From assembly GCA_965250285.1 (NCBI GenBank), contig OZ252299.1:1376001-1440000 (forward strand): a stretch of 64,000 nucleotides of DNA. Reading direction: 5' to 3'. This document shows, piece after piece, positions 47,324 through 57,637 of the stretch. Under the pieces are notes generated by a model. That model saw only the letters and a program-made list of their open reading frames with translations. It was not told the DNA's origin and made no database searches. Each line of letters opens with the position of its first letter. Position 1 is the first letter of the stretch. The position numbers were made by a program, and so were the translations under genes. Source of the DNA: Myxococcota bacterium (GTDB lineage: Bacteria > Myxococcota_A > UBA9160 > UBA4427).

Positions 47324-48259
47324 ATGATCCGCCACACCACTGCTTACACACACGCCCGCATCGAGCCGCGAGTTGCCGCTCGCTCGCTGCTGCAGCGGGC
47401 GCTCCTCGCGCTGGCCTGCCTGTTCGTCGTCGCGGGCGTCGCCTGCAAGAACGATGGCAGCAGCGACCCCGACGTGCCGCTGGTCGAGGGCACGTACGCG
47501 AACGCCGCACCTTCGATGGCGTCGGCCGGTTCCGCTTCGGCTCCCGACTGCCCGATCGACTTCGACGCATTCGCGATCGTCGAGAGCGGTGTGAACGTGA
47601 TGCTGCTGCCGGGTCTCGGCGGCGGCTCGGGCAACCCGATTCCGGGCACCCTGACCGAAGAAGACCAGCTCATCATCGACTACGAGGCCACGGACGTCGG
47701 CACCGGCACCGTTTCGACGATCGTGGGTACGCTCGACGCGTCGAGCGACGACCAGCTCGTCGGCAGCATCACCGCCGAGATCACCCCGATCAGCGACCCG
47801 ACGCTCCTCGACTGTGGTCCGACCGTCTTCGCCATCAACGCCAGCCGCAGCACGACCGGGCTCCCCAGCGCGAGCACGCTCGTGGGGCAGGCCGACGGCC
47901 TCTGGCTCGTCTCCGTCGACGAGTTCGATACGACCTGCAGCTCGATGGAGCCCCCGTTCTCGTTCGAGCTGGCGGTCGTGACCGACGTCGACAACGACTC
48001 GGCGGTGCTCACCTACGACGAGGAGGGCGAGATCTTCAACGTCGACGCGATCCTGACTGACGACTTCATCGTCACCGAGTTCAACGTCGACAACTCGCTC
48101 GAAGACGTTCGCAACCTGACCGCTGTCCGGTACGAGTTCTTCAGCGCCGGTTCGCTGGAGTTACTCCTCGGCGCCAACACGTCGGCGATCGAGGACGACG
48201 AGGGCAGCTGCACGGCCTGGGAGTCGATCCTGGGCATTCGTCCTCCGCCCACGCTCTGA
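47324..48259 (+). CDS. Acidic lipoprotein, unknown function
   Basis: GGAG RBS; lipobox GVAC; strong host codon bias. Confidence 0.75.
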   Translation: MIRHTTAYTHARIEPRVAARSLLQRALLALACLFVVAGVACKNDGSSDPDVPLVEGTYANAAPSMASAGSASAPDCPIDFDAFAIVESGVNVMLLPGLGGGSGNPIPGTLTEEDQLIIDYEATDVGTGTVSTIVGTLDASSDDQLVGSITAEITPISDPTLLDCGPTVFAINASRSTTGLPSASTLVGQADGLWLVSVDEFDTTCSSMEPPFSFELAVVTDVDNDSAVLTYDEEGEIFNVDAILTDDFIVTEFNVDNSLEDVRNLTAVRYEFFSAGSLELLLGANTSAIEDDEGSCTAWESILGIRPPPTL

Positions 48260-48671
48260 GGCTCTGCCCGACGCCGCGCCGGCGAAGCCGCGCGGCGTCG
48301 GGGCTCCCCGGCGCGGGCGCCAGCCTCGCCGCATCGGGGTCCGGTCTCTCCGGAGCGGGCTCCGGGACAGCTCATCGGCTCGAAGGCCGTGTCGGCGTCC
48401 AGATTCGAGCCCGCGCGCCCGGCCGTCTGCGCCGGGCGTCGCCGCTCTGTGTCTTCATTCGCTCGAGGGGGCCGCGTCCCCCGAGGCGCCGCGGGCTTCG
48501 CCCGTAGATCTGGACACAAAAAAAGCGGTCCCCGCGAAAAAAATTGAATTTCTTCGACACAGAGGAGCGTCCCGCACCACATCTCCCCAGACACCGGTGC
48601 GCGCGCCCCACGCGTGCGCCTGCCCAGCGAGGAGTCTGCTCAGGCTTCCTCGAGGGGACTACTGAGGGACG

Positions 48672-49430
48672 ATGGACATGCTGAGCTGCAACCTCGAAAC
48701 CAACACCCGTGGAGCGTCGCCCCGCAAGGCGCTTCGAGTCATCCTGGCCACCGCGATCGCGATGATCGGCGCGACCACGGCCCAGGCGGCCACGATCTTC
48801 ACGGGCGATCAGACGACCGTGCTGGTCACCTCCTTCTTCGCCCTGACCGATGCGGGCTTCACCGTCGCGCCGCTCGGCTCTGCGGTGGTCGGCGACGACG
48901 TGGCGAAAGACGTCATCCTCGACGTGCCGCGCGTGCTGGCGGCCTTCCCGATCACGGGTGGCGGGATCAACACGATGACCGGCGACGTGATCGTCGAGCA
49001 CGACGGCAGCGGCCTCGAGCTCTCGACGGACACGCCGGCGAGCGTGGCGCTCGAGAACTTCGAGATCCTCCTCGACGCCACCGCAAGCGGCAACGTGCTG
49101 GGCACGCTGTTCGGCGACGTGACCATCAACGGCGGTGATCCGATCGTCGGCGCTGACATCTTCACGCTCACGGGCTGCGGCCTGGGCCTCGAGCCGGCGT
49201 GCATCGACAGCGACGCGAGCACGATCCTGAACGGCGTTCGCCTCGGTCTCACGTCGACCGCGGCGGGCGTTCTGAACGACACCTTCGACGTCGACGTGTT
49301 CGCCGAGGGCGATCAGGTCGGCATCGCGCGCGTCGACGTTCGCGTCGTGCCCGAGCCGGGCACGCTGCTCCTGACGTCGCTCGGTCTCGTTGGCCTGGCG
49401 TACGCCGGTCGCAGCCGCCGCGAGGCCTGA
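48672..49430 (+). CDS. PEP-CTERM sorting domain protein
   Basis: Signal ...AQA; VPEPGTLLLTSLGLVGLAYAGRSRR. Confidence 0.9.
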   Translation: MDMLSCNLETNTRGASPRKALRVILATAIAMIGATTAQAATIFTGDQTTVLVTSFFALTDAGFTVAPLGSAVVGDDVAKDVILDVPRVLAAFPITGGGINTMTGDVIVEHDGSGLELSTDTPASVALENFEILLDATASGNVLGTLFGDVTINGGDPIVGADIFTLTGCGLGLEPACIDSDASTILNGVRLGLTSTAAGVLNDTFDVDVFAEGDQVGIARVDVRVVPEPGTLLLTSLGLVGLAYAGRSRREA

Positions 49431-49609
49431 TCCAGGTCGAGCGTCTGCTCCGTCCCCACCCGCGGCACGGGGGCGAATGCGCAGAGCAAGAATGAAATGG
49501 GGCGTCACGGTTCAGGCCGTGGCGCCCCGTTTGCTTTTGGGGCCCGGTGGCGTGGGACCGGCGGGCTGGCAGGGCGAGAGGCGTGCGCGCCATGCGGGCC
49601 GGCCGCCGG

Positions 49610-51064
49610 TCAACGTCGCCAGAAGTGCGGCAAGGCGAGGGCCAGCACGGCGAAGAACTCGAGCCGGCCCAGCCACATCAGCAGCACCATCACGAGCTTC
49701 TGCCAGGGTGCGAAGAACGCGAACGAGCTCGTCGGGCCGACCTCGGCGAGACCCGGGCCGATGTTCGACAGCGTCGCGAGTGACGCCGAGGCCGCGGTCA
49801 CGATGTCGGTGTCGCCCACCGAGAGCAGCAGCGCACCGAACCCCCAGCCGAGCACCCAGAGCAGCAGAAGCGCCACGACGCCGCGCTGCGACTCCTCGGG
49901 TACCAGCTGTCCGCCGACGCCGATGGCGACGACCGAGTTCGGGCTGAACGTGAGTCGCACCTCTCGCATCGTCACCTTGAAGCCGATGATCAGGCGGATG
50001 ATCTTCGCGCCACCCGCCGTCGAGCCCGCACAGCCCCCCGCGAACATCAGGCTGATGAGCACGGCGTGGGCCATCCCGGGCCACTCGGCGAAGTCGCCGG
50101 TGCCGAACCCGGTCGTGGTGAGGAGCGAGACGACGGTGAAGGCCCCTTCGAGCGTGGCGTCGCCGACGGTCGGCGTGCTGTCGTTCAGGATCAGGTCGAA
50201 GATGATCAACAGGCTCGCGCCGAGCGCGAGGCCGAGATAGACCCGCAGCTCGACATCCCGCAGCGCGCTGAAGTCGCGGCGACGGGCGACGGCGTAGTAG
50301 AGCGCGAAGTTCACGCCCGCGGCGAGCATGAAGACGAGGATCACCAGCTGGATCGCGGTGCCGAAGTGGGCGACCGAGTCGGCGTACGGTGAGAAGCCTC
50401 CGGTCGAGACCGTCGAGAACGTGTGGACGAGCGCGTCGTAGAAACTCGCGCCGAAGATGATCAGCAGGCCGATCTCGAGCAGGGTCAGGATCATGTAGAT
50501 GCGAAAGAGCGCCACGGCGGTGCCGCGCACGCGGGCGTGCATGATTTCGGCCTTCGGGCCCGGCACCTCGAGCTTGAACAGAAAACGGGCGCCCGGGCCG
50601 AGCTCGGAGAGCAGCGCGACGAACAGCACGACGATCCCGATCCCGCCGAGCCACTGGGTCATGCTGCGCCAGAACAGGATCGGCTTCGACACCGCCTCGA
50701 TGTCGGTCAAGATCGAGGCGCCGGTCGTCGTGAAGCCCGAGGCCGACTCGAAGAAGGCGTCGACGACACCCGGGATCGCGCCCGAGGCCACGTAGGGGAT
50801 CGCGCCGACGATCGAGGCGAGGCCCCACGAGCCGACGACGACGAGCACGCCCTCGCGGCGGTACAGCTCGCCGCCCTCGACCGGACGGCCTGCGGCGGTG
50901 CGCAGCCCGAGGCCCACGGCCGCGCTGGATCCCGCGCCCACCAGCAGCCCCCGCGCCGAGTCGAGATCGAGCGGCGCGATGCACCACACCAGCGGCACGA
51001 GCTCGGCGGCCGCGAGCACGTAGAGCACGAGGCCGAGAATGCGCATCACGGGGCGCAGGTTCAT
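49610..51064 (-). CDS. trkH: Trk potassium uptake membrane subunit
   Basis: FFESASGFTTTGAS; QWLGGIG; STGGFS; GGCAGSTAGGAK; LSNIGPG; GRLE. Confidence 0.95.
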   Translation of the reverse strand: MNLRPVMRILGLVLYVLAAAELVPLVWCIAPLDLDSARGLLVGAGSSAAVGLGLRTAAGRPVEGGELYRREGVLVVVGSWGLASIVGAIPYVASGAIPGVVDAFFESASGFTTTGASILTDIEAVSKPILFWRSMTQWLGGIGIVVLFVALLSELGPGARFLFKLEVPGPKAEIMHARVRGTAVALFRIYMILTLLEIGLLIIFGASFYDALVHTFSTVSTGGFSPYADSVAHFGTAIQLVILVFMLAAGVNFALYYAVARRRDFSALRDVELRVYLGLALGASLLIIFDLILNDSTPTVGDATLEGAFTVVSLLTTTGFGTGDFAEWPGMAHAVLISLMFAGGCAGSTAGGAKIIRLIIGFKVTMREVRLTFSPNSVVAIGVGGQLVPEESQRGVVALLLLWVLGWGFGALLLSVGDTDIVTAASASLATLSNIGPGLAEVGPTSSFAFFAPWQKLVMVLLMWLGRLEFFAVLALALPHFWRR

Positions 51065-51197
51065 CGTCGGCTCCACGTGCGTCGGGCGTCGGGGCCGCCG
51101 ATCCGGCCCGGTCGCCGCGCCGCACCGGCATGTGCACTGGGGTCGTGCACCGGGCAGCGCACGCCGACGGTGCGCGGGTTGAGCCGGGGGCGGGCGG

Positions 51198-52574
51198 TCA
51201 TGCGCGCTCGCGTTCCTCGGGATCGGGCCCCGGGAAGAGCAGCTGCACCATGTCGCGCTCTTCGCGCCGTGCGAAGAGGATGACGTCATCGCCCACCGAC
51301 AGCTGATCGCTGCCGCGAGGGATGATCGCGCGCCCATCGCGCAGCAGGGCGGCGACGATCAGGCCTTGCGGGATCTCGACGTCGGCGAGCGTGCTGCCTG
51401 CGACCGGGCTCTGGCCGTAGACCGTGCGCTGCACGAACTCGGCGGCGCCGCTCTCGAACGAGACGATGTGCGACTCGTAGTTGTTGTCGATGTAGCTCTG
51501 AATGCGCCGTGCGGCGGTCATGCGCGGCGAAACGATGTCGAGCAGGGCCACCTTGCGCCACAGGGTCGACGTCTCGCTCTTCTGCACCAGCGCGGTGAGA
51601 TCACTGGCCCCGAGCTCCTGCGCGAGCAGGCACGCCATCAGGTTCGTCTCGTCGTTGCTGGTGAGCGCGATGAAGGTGCGCGCCGATCCGACCCCCTCGC
51701 TCTGGAGCACGGACATGTCGGTCGCGTCGCCGTGGATCACGTCGCAGTCGGGAAACTCGGCGGCCAGCTGCTCGCAGCGCGAGCGGTCGAGCTCGATGAT
51801 CTTGATGCGTTTGGCCTGCCGCTCGAGGCCGGCGATCACGGCCTGTGCGGTCTGTCCGCCGCCGGCGACGACCACGAGGCCGAGACGCCGAGAGTGCTGG
51901 CTCACGCGCCGCTCGACGGCATCGACGGCGGAGGGCGTCCCGATCACGAGCGCGTCGTCGCCGACCTGAGCGCGCGTCTCGCCCGTGGGCACCGTGATCT
52001 CACCCTCTCTCGAGATGTAGGCCAGGACGAGCGAGTCGGCGGGCAGATCGGCCTCGACGAGGCGCTTCTCGGCCAGGTGGCTGCCCGCTTCGATGGACGT
52101 GCGGCGCACCTGCAGGGCGCCCTGGGCGAGGTACTCGACGTCGAGGGTGTTGTAGCCGAGCACGTGGTTGAGCACGCGGGTCGTCGTGAGCAGCTGCGTC
52201 GAGAGCAGCAGGTCGGCCTGGAACGTCGTCTCATAGACGCGCCCGTAGCGGGTGACGCCCTCTGAGCTGCGCACGCGCACGACCGTGCGGCGCGCGCCCA
52301 CGCGCTTGGCCAGCAGGGCGGCGGCGAGATTCGCTTCGTCGGATGAGCTCGCGGCCACGAAGAGGTCACACTCGGCCACCCGAGCGGCCTCGAGTGTCGG
52401 TACGTGGGTGCCGTTGCCGAGCACGAAGGCGGCGTCGAGCTGCTCCTCCACCAGGTGAGCGACGCTGGGGTCGCTGTCGATCAGCGTGACTTCGTGCCGC
52501 TCGGCCGAGAGGCTGCGTGCCAGATAGCGGCCGACCTCGCCGGCCCCCATCACGACGAATCGTTTCGCGTCCAT
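51198..52574 (-). CDS. trkA: Trk potassium uptake NAD-binding subunit
   Basis: Two RCK N/C pairs; GAGEVG; AGGGQT; adjacent to trkH. Confidence 0.93.
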   Translation of the reverse strand: MDAKRFVVMGAGEVGRYLARSLSAERHEVTLIDSDPSVAHLVEEQLDAAFVLGNGTHVPTLEAARVAECDLFVAASSSDEANLAAALLAKRVGARRTVVRVRSSEGVTRYGRVYETTFQADLLLSTQLLTTTRVLNHVLGYNTLDVEYLAQGALQVRRTSIEAGSHLAEKRLVEADLPADSLVLAYISREGEITVPTGETRAQVGDDALVIGTPSAVDAVERRVSQHSRRLGLVVVAGGGQTAQAVIAGLERQAKRIKIIELDRSRCEQLAAEFPDCDVIHGDATDMSVLQSEGVGSARTFIALTSNDETNLMACLLAQELGASDLTALVQKSETSTLWRKVALLDIVSPRMTAARRIQSYIDNNYESHIVSFESGAAEFVQRTVYGQSPVAGSTLADVEIPQGLIVAALLRDGRAIIPRGSDQLSVGDDVILFARREERDMVQLLFPGPDPEERERA

Positions 52575-52681
52575 CCCGCTCCCCCGGCGCCCCCCGAAAG
52601 GCCGGCGCCGCGCGCGGTGCCGAGGCCATCCGACGCCCGGCCGGTCGCGCGCCGGCCCGGATCGGAGGGGCGGGCCAGAAC

Positions 52682-53920
52682 CTAGCGATCCTCGCGGGGG
52701 ATGTCGTAGTGCGCGAGGTAGAACGCGAAGCGCTCGCTCTCGGCTTCGGGGTCGAGCCCGGTGCTCGCTGCGCTGTAGCGGTGCACACCGCCGGCGCCCT
52801 TTGGCCGGCTGGCCGCGTAGGCGGCGATCGCGTCGCGGGTTTCGTCCGGCCAGGGCCAACCCAGCCGTTCGTAGATTCGGCCGATCGTTCCGGTCGGGTC
52901 CCGCACGACGTCGGCGAACTGCACGTCGATGAACCGGTCGTCGGGCAGGGCGCCCGAGGCGCGATCGTCGATCTCCTGTCGATACGCGGCGGCGAAGGCC
53001 CGGGGGATCGCCTTGGCGAGCGGAGCGAGGTCGACGCGGTCGCTGCGCATCCACATGAGCGTGCCCGTCAGGTTGAGCATGCTCGGAAAGCTCTTGAGCG
53101 GATCGCGGTGAGTGCGAATGATGCGCGCGTCGGGATAGACGTCGAAGAGAGTCCGAAGCTGCGACTGATGGCTCGGCGCCTTGAGCAGCCAGCGCTGCGC
53201 GCCGCCACGGCTCTGAAGCGACTGCAGCACCCGGCGATGGGTCTCATAGGCGAGATGATGATCGGCCTGCGCGAGGTGGCGCTGGTAGCCGAACGCTCCG
53301 TACTGCGATCCCCAGATATCGGACAGGAATGAGAGCATCGTCATGAAGATGCACTCGTTCGGTTGGTGGCCCGAGTTTTCATGCATCGTCGCGTATTCAG
53401 GCGCGATCGAAGGCAACGACAGCTCGAAGCGGTGCGCGACCTCGCGAAGGTCCGTGCCCCGTGCGGCCTGTGCCGGATGATGCATCTCCCACATCGCCGG
53501 CGCGCGGGTGGCGGGATCGTGCGCCATCAGCTCGAAGAGGATCGACGTGCCCGTGCGGGCGCCGCCGACGATGAAGACCGGTGCGTCGATGCGCGCGTCG
53601 AGCAGATCGGGCTGCTCGGTCCAGAGCGCACTCAGCTCGAGCCGGTTCTGCAGCGTTCGCAGCAGCTCGGTGCGGGCGAGCAGCCGGCCGACCAGATGCA
53701 GCTCGGCGTCGCGATTCAGCGACGTCATGAAGGCGTCGAAGTGCTCGCGCCAGCCGTCCTCGCGAAAATCGTCGAGGCCGGTCGAAGCGCGGGCGGTGTC
53801 GAGCAGATCCTCGGCCTCGAGTGACACCAGGCCGTCGGCGCCGCGGACCGCCTCGCCATAGGCCAGCAGTCGGTCCACCCAGTCGGGGCGCGGCGGCGGC
53901 GTCCAGGACGCCGCCGTCAC
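52682..53920 (-). CDS. Sulfotransferase family protein
   Basis: PVFIVGGARTGTSIL; WLLKAPSH; THRDP. Confidence 0.9.
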   Translation of the reverse strand: MTAASWTPPPRPDWVDRLLAYGEAVRGADGLVSLEAEDLLDTARASTGLDDFREDGWREHFDAFMTSLNRDAELHLVGRLLARTELLRTLQNRLELSALWTEQPDLLDARIDAPVFIVGGARTGTSILFELMAHDPATRAPAMWEMHHPAQAARGTDLREVAHRFELSLPSIAPEYATMHENSGHQPNECIFMTMLSFLSDIWGSQYGAFGYQRHLAQADHHLAYETHRRVLQSLQSRGGAQRWLLKAPSHQSQLRTLFDVYPDARIIRTHRDPLKSFPSMLNLTGTLMWMRSDRVDLAPLAKAIPRAFAAAYRQEIDDRASGALPDDRFIDVQFADVVRDPTGTIGRIYERLGWPWPDETRDAIAAYAASRPKGAGGVHRYSAASTGLDPEAESERFAFYLAHYDIPREDR

Positions 53921-55101
53921 TGAAAGCGGTCCCAGGCGGCCTCGCGGCGTGCGCGCAAGCGTTGCCGCCGCTCATCGGCGTCGATCGACGGATGGTCTTC
54001 GGGGAGATGCGCGCGCACCTCGGTCATCGGCAGCCGTGTCGCGGCGGGGGCCGGGGCCGTGCGTGCCCAGACCCAGCGGTACACGAGCAGGCCACGCTCG
54101 CGCGCCTCGATGTCGATCCAGTTCGGTGTACCCGGGTCACGCATGGCGAGCACGACGCGCATGCGGCCATCGGCGTCGACGTGCAGCTGATCACCGGAGA
54201 GGCTCGTCTGACGATCGGCGAAGTCGCCCGACTCGAGCCAGCCGAGGGTGTGGATCGTGAAACCGAAGTAGTCGGCGTCGGGCACGTCGCACTCGAGCAG
54301 CAGCGCTTCGTCGGGCTCGAGCTGCCAGAAGCAGCTGCCGTACAGGATGTTGTCGGCGCCGCCCTTCGCCGGCGTCGGGGGCGCGGCGACGTTCGGCGTC
54401 GCGTGATTCCAGCCCGCCCCGGTGTAGGCGTTCCAGTAGCGCGCGCTGGCCTCGATCCAGGTCGCGGCCCGGTCGAGGCCATCGACGACCCCGGCCGGGG
54501 CCAGCCGAGGCGGGGGCTCGCCCTCGGCGCCGATCCGCTCGATGTGGAAGGCCGGTGATGCGTCGTTCGCCCAGTCGCTCACGTAGATGCGGATGCCGAA
54601 GATGCGCGCGTCGGGGTGCATCTCGATCCAGTTGCCCGGGGCGGGGTCGGCCGAGATCGTGATCTCGAGTCGACCGTCGTCGCCGACTTCGAGCGCGTTG
54701 AGCGACGTCTCGCCGTAGACGCCGTACTGCTGCAGCTGCATGTCGCCCTCGTGCAGCGAGAAGATCGCCTGGCGCATGCCGCGAACGTCGGCCCAGACCC
54801 GGTAGCGCTCGTTCGGGTCGACGTTGGCGCGCAGGTAGGTGTTGTCGGGATTGGGCCCGCCCCATTGCAGGTCGGGCGTCTCGTAGCGGACGAAGCGGGG
54901 GTGCAGCGGGTCGCCCGCTTCGATCTCCATGCGCGTGGCGTAGGTCGCGAGGCGGAGCAGCCAACGCAGGCCTTCAGCCTGGTCGCGCGGCGGCGAGGGA
55001 AAGCCCTCTTCGAGGATCGCGTCGCCGGCAGCTTCGAGCCGGCGACAGAAGCGGCGCCACGCGTCGCCGCTCGAGATGGCCTTCGCTTCGTCGTCGTTCA
55101 C
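53917..55101 (-). CDS. DUF1214-like protein
   Basis: WGGPNPDNTY; DPGTPNWID; overlaps the sulfotransferase start. Confidence 0.85.
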   Translation of the reverse strand: MNDDEAKAISSGDAWRRFCRRLEAAGDAILEEGFPSPPRDQAEGLRWLLRLATYATRMEIEAGDPLHPRFVRYETPDLQWGGPNPDNTYLRANVDPNERYRVWADVRGMRQAIFSLHEGDMQLQQYGVYGETSLNALEVGDDGRLEITISADPAPGNWIEMHPDARIFGIRIYVSDWANDASPAFHIERIGAEGEPPPRLAPAGVVDGLDRAATWIEASARYWNAYTGAGWNHATPNVAAPPTPAKGGADNILYGSCFWQLEPDEALLLECDVPDADYFGFTIHTLGWLESGDFADRQTSLSGDQLHVDADGRMRVVLAMRDPGTPNWIDIEARERGLLVYRWVWARTAPAPAATRLPMTEVRAHLPEDHPSIDADERRQRLRARREAAWDRFQ

Positions 55102-55196
55102 GCAACGCGTCTCCAGGTGTGGATCCCTGTGTCGACTCGGCTCGGTCGAGCCATCCCGAGTCGGGCGCTTGCCGGCCTTCCCGCGCGGCTTCGCGT

Positions 55197-55661
55197 CTAG
55201 GTGTTGGCCTTCCAGTCTTCGACGAGGAGCTCCATCGTGACGTCGTAGAGGACGTTCATGTCCTCATCGAGCAGCTCGTAGAGACGCCCCGAGTCGGAGT
55301 GGTTGCCAAAGAAGGCGAGACCGCCTTCGGGCCCGCCGCGCTCGAGGTGGGGCAACGGCTCGCCGGTCGTGAGTGCGTAGTCGCCCGCGCGGCGAACGCG
55401 GTGCTCGGCCTTCGAGCCATCGGGGTTCAGATCCCAGAGGTGCTGCTCGCCCTCGAGCACGAGGACCGTCGTCGTCGACGTATGGCGGTGGATCGGGCAA
55501 TGCCCGCCGTCTGCGTGCCAGCGCACCACCATGTCGAGCGTGCCTGCGTCGAAATCCCAGCCGAGGATGGTGTAGTCGTGATGCACGAAGTAGGACTGGT
55601 TGGGCTCGCCCTTGACCTCGCGCCACTTGTGCCGGCCCGCGTCGAAGTGACTCTGGCGCAT
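55197..55661 (-). CDS. Cupin-fold protein
   Basis: GGGAGG RBS; CPIHRH...VLEGEQH...PHLE. Confidence 0.8.
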   Translation of the reverse strand: MRQSHFDAGRHKWREVKGEPNQSYFVHHDYTILGWDFDAGTLDMVVRWHADGGHCPIHRHTSTTTVLVLEGEQHLWDLNPDGSKAEHRVRRAGDYALTTGEPLPHLERGGPEGGLAFFGNHSDSGRLYELLDEDMNVLYDVTMELLVEDWKANT

Positions 55662-55684
55662 GATCGATCCTCCCATCGAGAAGC

Positions 55685-57493
55685 CTAGCTCCGCTCGAGC
55701 CCCTTCATCGTACCGTCCTCCCGCCACGCGCTCAGCAGGTCACGATACTCGTTGGGTTCGCCGAAGAAGAACCCGTTCTGGCGGCTCAGCGGCGAGGGGC
55801 GTCCCTCGCTGTTGTAATAGCCCGGCGTGCAGCTCTCCTGAAAGCTCGTGCGCTCGCCCGCGAGCCGCAGCACGGTGTCGACCCACTCCTGCTCGGCCGC
55901 TTCGCTGACCTCGAGCCGCTCGATGTCTTCCTTGATCGCGCGCCCGATCGTGTAGGCGATGTGGCGCGCCTGGAGGTCGAGCAGGTAGGGGAAGTTCACG
56001 CTGACGCCCGACTGCGCGATGCTCATCATGTAGCAGTTGGGGAACCCGCGCATGTGGATGCCGTGGAGGGTTCGGATGCCCGCGCTCCATGCGTCTTGCA
56101 GGCTGCGCCCCTCGCGTCCGACGAGCGTGTAACCCGCCCGGCGCTCGAACTCGGTGTTCACCTCGAAGCCGGTCGCGAAGATCAGGCAGTCGAGCTCGAC
56201 CTCGTCGCCGTTCGAGATGACGCCGCGTTCGGTGACGCGCTCGACGCCCTTGCCGTCGGTGTCGACGAGGGTCACGTTGGGCCGGTTGAAGGTCTGCAGG
56301 TACTCGTCGTGAAAGCACGGCCGCTTGCAGAACTGTCGGTACCAGGGCTTGAGCGATTCGGCGGTGGCCGGGTCGTCGATCAGGTCTTCGACCCGCTGCC
56401 GAATCTCGTTCATCTTGAGAAAGTCGGCCTTCTCGACCTGGGCCTCGATGTCTTCGGGCGACGTGCCGCCCTCGGACGACTGCATGACGAAGAGCACCTT
56501 GGCCACAATGTCGGTCCAGCCGTCATGGACCAGGTCTTCGGCCTCGAAGCCGCCGGTCGTCAGCGTCTGGAAGTTTTCCATCCGTCGCTGGTGCCAGCCC
56601 GGCTCGAGGGTCTCGACCCAGGCCGGATCGGTCGGGCTGTTCGCTCGCACGTCGACTGAAGACGGGGTGCGCTGAAAGACGAAGAGCTGCTTGGCGTCTC
56701 GCCCCAGGTGCGGGATGCACTGCACGGCCGAGGCTCCCGTCCCGATGATGCCCACCCGCTTGTCGGCGAGCTTCTCGAGCGCGCCGTTCGAGTCGCCGCC
56801 GGTGTACTCGAAGTCCCACCGACTCGTGTGGAAGGCGTGGCCGGCGAATTTCTCGATCCCGGGCAGGCCCGGCAGCTTGGGCTTCTGCAAGAACCCCTGG
56901 GCGAGGCAGACGAAGCGGGCGCGCATCGCATCGCCTCGATTCGTCTCGATGATCCAGCGCCCCGCCTCGTCGTCCCAGCGGATCTCGCGCACTTCGGTCT
57001 GCAGGCAGATGTCGCGGTAGAGGTCGAACTTGCGAGCGATCGCCTGGCAGTGTTCGAAGATCTCTTTGCCGCGGCTGTACTTCTCGGTCGGCATCGTGCC
57101 GACCTCTTCGAGCAACGGCATGTAGACGTACGACTCGATGTCGCACGCGATCCCCGGGTAGCGGTTCCAGTACCAGGTGCCGCCCACGTCGCCGGCCTTG
57201 TCGATCAACCGGATGCGATCGACGCCGGCCTCGCGCAGGCGGGCGCCGGCGATCAGGCCGCCGAAGCCCGCGCCGATGACGGCGACGTCCACCTCGTCTT
57301 CGAGCGGCGCGCGGGTGAAGCCGGGCTCGACGTATGGATCCTCGACGTAGTGCGCAAACGCGCCCGTCGTCTCGATGTACTGCTCGTCGCCGTCGTCACG
57401 CAGGCGCTTGTCGCGTTCGATGCGGTACTTCTCGCGCAGCGCATCCGGGTCGAGCGCACTGGGGTCGGCAGGTTGGTCGGCGTCGTTCGGCAT
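55685..57493 (-). CDS. Baeyer-Villiger-type flavin monooxygenase
   Basis: GAGFGG; GGTWYWNRYPG; FAGHAFHTSRWD; GTGASA; ATGF. Confidence 0.95.
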   Translation of the reverse strand: MPNDADQPADPSALDPDALREKYRIERDKRLRDDGDEQYIETTGAFAHYVEDPYVEPGFTRAPLEDEVDVAVIGAGFGGLIAGARLREAGVDRIRLIDKAGDVGGTWYWNRYPGIACDIESYVYMPLLEEVGTMPTEKYSRGKEIFEHCQAIARKFDLYRDICLQTEVREIRWDDEAGRWIIETNRGDAMRARFVCLAQGFLQKPKLPGLPGIEKFAGHAFHTSRWDFEYTGGDSNGALEKLADKRVGIIGTGASAVQCIPHLGRDAKQLFVFQRTPSSVDVRANSPTDPAWVETLEPGWHQRRMENFQTLTTGGFEAEDLVHDGWTDIVAKVLFVMQSSEGGTSPEDIEAQVEKADFLKMNEIRQRVEDLIDDPATAESLKPWYRQFCKRPCFHDEYLQTFNRPNVTLVDTDGKGVERVTERGVISNGDEVELDCLIFATGFEVNTEFERRAGYTLVGREGRSLQDAWSAGIRTLHGIHMRGFPNCYMMSIAQSGVSVNFPYLLDLQARHIAYTIGRAIKEDIERLEVSEAAEQEWVDTVLRLAGERTSFQESCTPGYYNSEGRPSPLSRQNGFFFGEPNEYRDLLSAWREDGTMKGLERS

Positions 57494-57637
57494 CTCGGGG
57501 CTCCGCGGGCAGGGGCGGGCCGGGTGCGGCTCGCTGTGGGTCAGGATCGAGGCAATCGGGGGCGCGGGCAACCGTTCTCGGGTGCGAACTGGGCGGAATG
57601 CTGCGCCAGGAAGGAAGCGAGCGAGCACGGCCTGGGC

